Part shown: piece after piece, positions 12,674-64,000 of the stretch
How the letters are laid out: every line of letters starts with the position of its first letter
How positions within the stretch are numbered: the first letter of the stretch is position 1
DNA from: Balanoglossus misakiensis
Taxonomy: Eukaryota; Animalia; Hemichordata
Direction of reading: 5' to 3'
Length of the DNA: 64,000 nucleotides
Assembly: GCA_040954595.2 (NCBI GenBank)
Contig: CM082593.2
Span: forward strand, 3,055,434 to 3,119,433
Program-made: the position numbers and the translations under genes
The notes under the pieces: generated by a model
Told to the model about the DNA's origin: nothing
Seen by the model: the letters and a program-made list of their open reading frames with translations, nothing else
Databases searched by the model: none

Positions 12674-13382
12674 ATGCGTACCCATGACGACCAATGATTC
12701 ATCAAATAATACACATAGGACACAGGGAATCAGTCCACAATTTTATTCATGATTAATTAAAATACTAGTTGCAGTAACATGGGAGTACATGTACACGTTT
12801 ACCAATAATGCTAAAACAAAATACGCTGTACTGTTGTTCGTTGAGGGCACTGTATTACAACACGTCTTCCAGAAGAAATTTGAATGACATATCTTTTTAA
12901 TAAAACTGACAAGAAACCGTTAAGTTTTGTGTATATCACACTCCTTCTTCACTGCAACACTATTTTGATTTTTCTTTGTCTCAAAGCATATAAGTACATA
13001 TGGAATGTGGAATTTGTAAACATCATTCTGAAATACAATGCCCTTCAAAATTTAATATATAACTGATCTGTTTTGCATTGTACTCTTCATAAACATAAAA
13101 AAATATTGATCATTGGTTTTAATATCACCTACTTCGTAAGTGTTATATATTATTGATTCAATATGGGTTTGTGAAAATATGTACATATATGTAATATATA
13201 TATAAAATAATACATACTCTACAAACTAAAATATTAAAAGCAGAAACATTTACACACAAGATTGTACGACAAAACATTAAGGATACCCGCATTTTGACTT
13301 CTCTACGCAAAGCCATATACTACAGGTTTCTTTATGTTACAAATAGCGAAGCGTTTTCTAATGAATTGTTTGTGCTGTGTCT

Positions 13383-15273
13383 TCAATTACGTCCAACGAT
13401 CGCTAGCAACAGCTTCCTGTAATCTCCACTAGTGTCCTCCTCGATCATCTTGAACAGCGTCTTGTGATACCTCTCCAAGAATGCTTGCTTGATTTCAACA
13501 AGATCAATCTATGAAAGTCAACGAAAGACCATGTAGGGTCAATGTTTTTTTATGGCAAAGATAGTATGGCAAAGATAGATGCTTTGTTCTATCTATATTA
13601 TTTATTTTTCTTATAGGGGCAAATGGTGTCTGTTTTCAGAGAGAAAACATCAGCCTTACCTCTGATCTAGTGACGACAACTCTGATAAGAGTGTGGTCAT
13701 CGGTACCTAAACCATGCATCGCGCGATACAGACGATCAGCGAAATAAACAGGACGACTCTTCACACATTGTGCTGAGGAGAAATTGAAAAAAAAAATACA
13801 AAAGATTAAATCATGACACGGCCAGCAGGCCTTAGAATGATCCACACTGAAAGTTGAAGTAAGGTTTCACCTTTGACCTATGAACTGTGACTCACCGATA
13901 GCCATCATTCCGTCACGCACGTCACCTGAGAATTCACGCTTGATGCTGTTGAGGATGTCACGCTGTGAAATCTGTCAGACAGAAATTACGAAAAAATTAA
14001 GCAAACAAAAGAGAATTTTTTAAGCAAACTTTCCATAGTAATTGTGACCATAAACCCACACAGGTGTCTGTAGGAAAGTCTCACACAAAAGTTACCATAG
14101 CAACACATCACACACACAACAAACTCACCATAATATACTCCTTGAATGTAGCTCTCAGCTGAGCGAAGTTCCTCACTGCAAGAATCTTGTTGAACGTCGA
14201 CTCATCTGTTCCCCATTTTCCTTCTCCCGCTTGATACAAATCATTGGCATCCTTCCTTGCCTTCTCTTCGTCCACATCATTCCCTTCATCGCGGTTGCCC
14301 TGGAAACAATGAGTAACTGAACAATTAGAGGGATCAATTGTTACTTTCCATATTAAATGACCACTATTGTAACACTAATAGTGTTCTACTTCATACAGCA
14401 TGCCAAACAGTTCAGCTTTATCAAAACATCTTACCTGACACATTGAGACCAGCAATCGTTTGAAATGTCCGCTAGTATCTCCAATGCAGTCGTTTTCTAA
14501 TGACTTGCCAAATTCTGAGGAATACAAGAGAATATTTCTTGAAATCATATGTCACAAAAAACAAGGGCGAAGTCACAGTTGAACTAAGAGGGGTGGCTGT
14601 CCTTATCAGCTAACTGCCCACCCAGCCCTGAAGCTCAGTTGAACGTGTCTTAAGGTGCCAGCTAGGTCATACCTGTCTTGTAGGTGCTAACTATCTCCCT
14701 GATTTCTTCGTTGGTTCGCGTGCACAAAATTTCAATCAGAATCTCTTCATTGGTACCCAAACCCTAAAAGAAACAAAGATAGATGTTTGTAATGAGAAAA
14801 TCAAAATGATGACAAAATAAGTTGCAATGGCTGAAGTTAAGCATCTGGTTTTCCATTTGACCCATGACCTTTGATAAACCCTGGACTTTAAACTGACCTT
14901 GATAGCATGGTGTATGGACCAGGCATCATAGTAAGTGGTGGGCATGAAGAGCGCCATCACAGTCTCTTTTAGGTCACCACTCAATTCAGACTGCAGGTCC
15001 TTGATCAAATCCTTATAAGGGGAAAAAGACAAATCTCACGTTAATATGTAGTGGAAATAGAAAATCTATAAATCCTGAATATGGTAGTATGAGGTTTGTA
15101 CAGTCTGCCAAAGAACACCCATTTTAGTTATCAAGGTTGGCTGCTCACCTTGCCGAACATGGTCTTGAACTGTAGTTTGAGTTTCTGTCTCTGTTCGTTG
15201 GATCTTGAAGTGATTAAGGTGATGATAGCTTGCTCATCAGTGCCTGTTCAGAGAAAACAAATCTGTCATTGTT

Positions 15274-15326
<53 letters not shown>

Positions 15327-16814
15327 GTGTGTCTGCCTGTGATCATGTCAATATTAATGATACTTCCCTCTTTCCCTCACTTACCCAATCCCTTCATGGC
15401 TTTCCTGATGATCTCAGCATCTTGCTCAGCATCAAACGGATTGGCCGGCCTGACTGTGCCGTGACACTCAAACGGCTGATCCCGTATTTTGAAATCCTGC
15501 TCCTCTTTAATCTTCGCAGGTTTTTCCATGGGTGGCGGTACCTTGGAAGAACAAAGTGAAGACAGGTTGTACACTGTAAACACTCACGCAAGCGTCAGTA
15601 GTACACGGATGCATTATAAAACCATCTCAAACTTGTTTATACCTTTGGTTTGGGCTTGGAAACCTTTTTCTGTACAGGAGCTGGTGGTGCCATCATTTGC
15701 GTATTATCTGCAAGAAAATTTTCACTTGTCAAAGAAAAATTTCAAATCTTGCATCAAAAATAAAGAATAGATGCTTGATATTCTTATATAAACAACCAAG
15801 CCGTAAAAAAATTCTGAGTAAAAACATCAGCCAATTCATACCTGGTTGTGCAGCATAACTTGGAGCAGGGACAAGAGTTGGAGGAGGGGGTTGTGGTTGG
15901 TACTGTATATTTGATGGCGGGGTCGCTTGTTGTTGCTGGCTGTAGATGTTTATGTTTGCCGGTACGGGAGCCACTCCGGGGGTGGTGAATCCAGCTGCAG
16001 CCTGCGGAGGAGGGTATCCGTATCCTGTTGCTGGAAGAAGAGAAAGTTGGAAAAGAGAACAGAAAGATATAATGTTAACACAAGGAAAATTTAAATCATG
16101 CACTCCCTCTGTTAATGATGTACCTCCCACACCTCGAGTCCGATTTTGAATTGGCTTTGTCGAAGTTTCAGGTAGGCAAGATATTGAACTAGACTGCCAA
16201 CAGTCCTTTGGGCCCTTTTTCACTTGGTTTATGATGACAAGCATTCCTACCTGGCTGTCCTGGACCTGCTCCCCAAGTCTGGCCTGGAGGAGGAGGGGGT
16301 CCACTTGAGGGTGGGGGTCCAGGTTGCATCTGGGGTGGGTAGGCTCCCATCTGTGGTTGCTGCGGGATCAACAGGAAATGCAAAATCTGACTGTGAACTC
16401 ACATTCTCATGATCATGACTTTGAGTTCAGCGGTATGACAATGTGTATGTAATTTTGACATGATAATACTGTATAGGTACTGTAGTTATTAAGCAAATTA
16501 ATGTTACATTATATTATATCAATTATATTTTAATTGTTACTTACGCCTGCTGATATACTGACTGTTATGTTGCCAGGCTGAGGTTGGGGGTAACCACCTG
16601 GCCCCCCGGGTGGGTATGCACCCATCCCTCCAGGAGGAGGTGGGTAGCCTCCTTGTCCACCCGGTGGTGGGTAGCCACCTTGTACACCTGGTGGTGGGTA
16701 GCCACCTTGTACACCTGGTGGTGGGTAGCCTCCTTGCCCACCCGGTGGTGGGTAGCCTCCTTGCCCACCCGGTGGTGGGTAGCCATAACCACCTGATGGA
16801 GGGGGGTAGCTCAT
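13383..16814 (-). CDS. Annexin A7/A11-like protein (about 551 aa; GYPP/Pro-rich N-tail plus four annexin repeats)
   Basis: Minus-strand exons 16814-16545, 16359-16251, 16030-15842, 15707-15643, 15541-15385, 15243-15149, 15011-14898, 14763-14673, 14514-14435, 14299-14129, 13971-13896, 13772-13660, 13508-13383; phases are consistent (1656 nt). Repeat motifs [34 protein letters not shown]; C-terminus [20 protein letters not shown]-terminus [17 protein letters not shown] is of ANXA7/ANXA11 type; exact orthology is not resolved. Confidence 0.93.
15276..15326. repeat. (ATC)17 microsatellite in an annexin intron
   Basis: Read directly; it is the source of the spurious poly-His ORF. Confidence 0.95.
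16631..16790 (-). repeat. Coding 27-bp tandem repeat (GGYPPPG[G/V]Q) in the annexin N-tail
   Basis: About 6 near-identical units seen in the DNA and in the translation. Confidence 0.9.
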
Positions 16815-17408
16815 GGTATGGTAAGAATTGTAGGGGGAGTGTGCAAGGAAGCAATCTGCAAAATCAATTAAAATGTGATCATGATGTCAGCTGCTACTGT
16901 CATGTTGTTCAACAATGCCATACGTGTTGTTGTCTAAAACATATCGATTTAAGAATAACGGTGCGCTATGTGCCCCCCTCAGAATGTTTTAAAGATGGCG
17001 CGTTTTGTTTGTTTACAATTTTGACTGGTTGCCTGGACGCCTACTGATGATCGCTGCATTGAATAGTAATCCAATAGCTACTGCAGATAGTGTGACGCAA
17101 AGTGACAAATGCCTAGTGCCTGTGTTGGCGTAACTGCAGGGAGTTATCGAGGAGCTGATCGCCATCATAACGACTCAAAACACTGTTGTTGCTATCCATT
17201 TGAACTTTGCATAGTGAAATGTGATGCCCATTTCTTGAGCACGGTTCCGTAGCTCGAAGTAGGGAAAATAGTTTTTACTGACACAGAAAGACCATTAAAT
17301 ACACAAAAACATCATCCAGTGAAAGTAAAAATTAGGTTCGATTATCTAATATCTGTCTTTTACGTTTAAAACGGCACAGTTCAGAGCGACAGTGAACTGT
17401 ACACTCAC

Positions 17409-17460
17409 CTGAAGGTCGACGTCTCTCCGCTTCACGTCATCCGGCAAATTTACATACGGT
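17409..17460 (-). other. Probable non-coding first exon of the annexin gene
   Basis: Minus-strand donor CAG|GTGAGT at 17409/17408 and a matching acceptor at 16856 upstream of the ATG; CpG-rich with TGACGT-like sites. The 5' end is approximate. Confidence 0.55.
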
Positions 17461-17772
17461 CATGACCTTTTACCTCACGGAACCCCGACGTCGCGACGCA
17501 TCTCGATAATTTATTCACGCACCCACACGGGCGATGGCATTATGATGCAGGGCGCCATCGAGTGTTGGGAACGTACTCCAGCAGGGTTATGCCACGTTGA
17601 GCTTTATCAAATGTTTCATGACATCATGATATAAATTCTTCCGATGATAAAATGATAGATATATAGATAGATATAATTATTATAATAGATATATAGATAG
17701 ATGTATAGACTGATAGACGATGGGATGGATGGTTGGTTGGTTGGTTGGTTGTTTAGATAGATAGATAGATAT

Positions 17773-17825
<53 letters not shown>

Positions 17826-17829
17826 GAAA

Positions 17830-17892
<63 letters not shown>

Positions 17893-18204
17893 AAAAATAA
17901 ATAAAAAAAAAGTGATGAGCTAAAACAAAGTAACTTTGGTATGATAATTTTATATGGACATTTGTGGAAATCTATTTATGTTGTGACAAAGCTCACTATC
18001 AATTCTAGAGAGCATGCATTTCCGCTATGTGCTTTATTTTACTTTTAGTTCCGTAATTCGGTGCAACGGCCGTTGTCTCGACTTCTACGTAGTATTACTA
18101 TCGCTCTGTATAAACACTATTCATCTGACCACACCCCCTTCTGTAAATGGTAGCACCCTCTTCATTATCTGTCAATCATCAATTAATATCATGTTCATTT
18201 CAAA
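17461..18204. promoter_or_regulatory. Divergent (bidirectional) promoter region between annexin and CaMKII
   Basis: About 750 bp between the annexin first exon (-) and the CaMKII ATG (+); CpG-rich flanks with a central microsatellite block. Confidence 0.55.
17655..17905. repeat. Compound microsatellite (GATA)n/(GGTT)n/(GACA)n/(AAAT)n
   Basis: Read directly. Confidence 0.95.
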
Positions 18205-62836
<44,632 letters not shown>

Positions 62837-64000
62837 AAATTCTAATTTCAGAATTTCTAGGTGTTTTTAGGTTTTCAGAGACAGGTCATGCACACACAAA
62901 AACCATTGAGGATGTGACTTCGAAGGATTTCTGGTTCTAACCGATGATTTTATTTGGCATCACCAGTACAAAAGAAAATGTGTCACAAAGTTTCGACATC
63001 AGTGAGTTTGTCTGTTTTACTGCTTTTTTGCTAGCAGCCAAGATTTTTTGTAAGATAATTAAGACTTGTACAAAATCCGATTCAAGGATCAGACAAGAAT
63101 CATTTACATAAAGCAAGACAAATTTCTCACTGGTTATTTGAGCTGCACATGCATATCATTTAAGATGCAATTTCTTGAAATTTCCGGATGGTTTCATATA
63201 CTGAATGATTGCCATGGCAATAATTGCTATGGCAGTCAGCTTTGTGGCACACAGTCACTGATGGCAGCCATCTTTGATTGAGTCATTCCCAGAATACATC
63301 ATGGGAATTGAACGATGCCAAACACTATGGCAGCTGGTTAATGAAAACACACAAAACACGGTTAGGCCAGATTTTCTGAAGATTTTTTTTTCTTTCTGTG
63401 GGCGATGACTGGTGTGGAATTGCAACAGAAGAGAGCACTTTGTTGATTCAAAAAAATATGCAAGGAAAAAAGTGCATGAGTGATGTGGACAGCAAAGCTA
63501 GAAAAGTGGTTTCAAAAGTTGAGGCACAAGTAATGAAGGCCTTATTTCAAATTTGACCTGAAGCGTCAGATGGAGCAATTTTCGTCGCTGCCAAATGACC
63601 TTCACCGGGAGTACAATGTGTTCCTGTGTAGCAATTAATCTTGCAATTCTAGTCACCTAACAAATTTAGAACATTTCTATTTTAAACTAAAATCTTGGGA
63701 AACAGAATTGTTTTGTCTTTTGTTCCTTCTGCACAGTCATTTCTTGTGCATCACTCGAAAAAAATATCAAGATTCATGTCAGAATTATCAAAGGCAATTT
63801 AGCTTTGCTAACTTTTTAATGTTCAGGGGCATTTTTTTCGGTTTCGCTCTTAACTAATATCTACAAGAGGAAGTTTGCATGTCTTATATGGTGTGATTCT
63901 ACACTGGTGCAATACTGGGAATTCGAATTTAGACATTTGCTTGTTTGAATATGACTCAATGGCAACTGATCTTTAGCAATGAAGCATGTATTTCGTTATC

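Noticed and set aside
15230-15559. Poly-His ORF on the + strand
   Set aside because: It comes from the (ATC)17 repeat in an annexin intron and is antisense to real exons.
16537-17047. Repetitive ORFs in other frames ([26 protein letters not shown])
   Set aside because: Shadow frames of the annexin GYPPPGG coding repeat.

Overview
Intron-rich, AT-rich metazoan genomic DNA (invertebrate; the CaMKII linker and regulatory segment suggest a non-vertebrate deuterostome, which is an inference). Four protein-coding genes were reconstructed by hand from GT-AG exons. (1) The 3' part of an UNC5 netrin receptor (+, 1532-6775, 3'UTR to about 9.8 kb). (2) A small, intact 5-exon gene (+, 11363-12673, 143 aa) encoding only a CaMKII association/hub domain with no kinase; the ORF track misses it apart from exon 1. 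(3) An annexin A7/A11-type gene with a long GYPP tail (-, 13383-16814). (4) A full-length CaMKII gene (+, 18205-62836) head-to-head with the annexin, carrying a 26.5-kb intron, duplicated mutually exclusive exon 6 variants and a set of candidate frame-preserving linker microexons (one only 3 nt). The hub-only paralog is the standout: it shares hub exon sizes and intron phases with the neighbouring CaMKII at about 49% aa identity, and could be a kinase-less subunit that tunes holoenzyme assembly. Also present are microsatellites, two SINE-like copies, a MITE and a 185-bp palindrome. All coordinates and counts are manual; no database searches were run.
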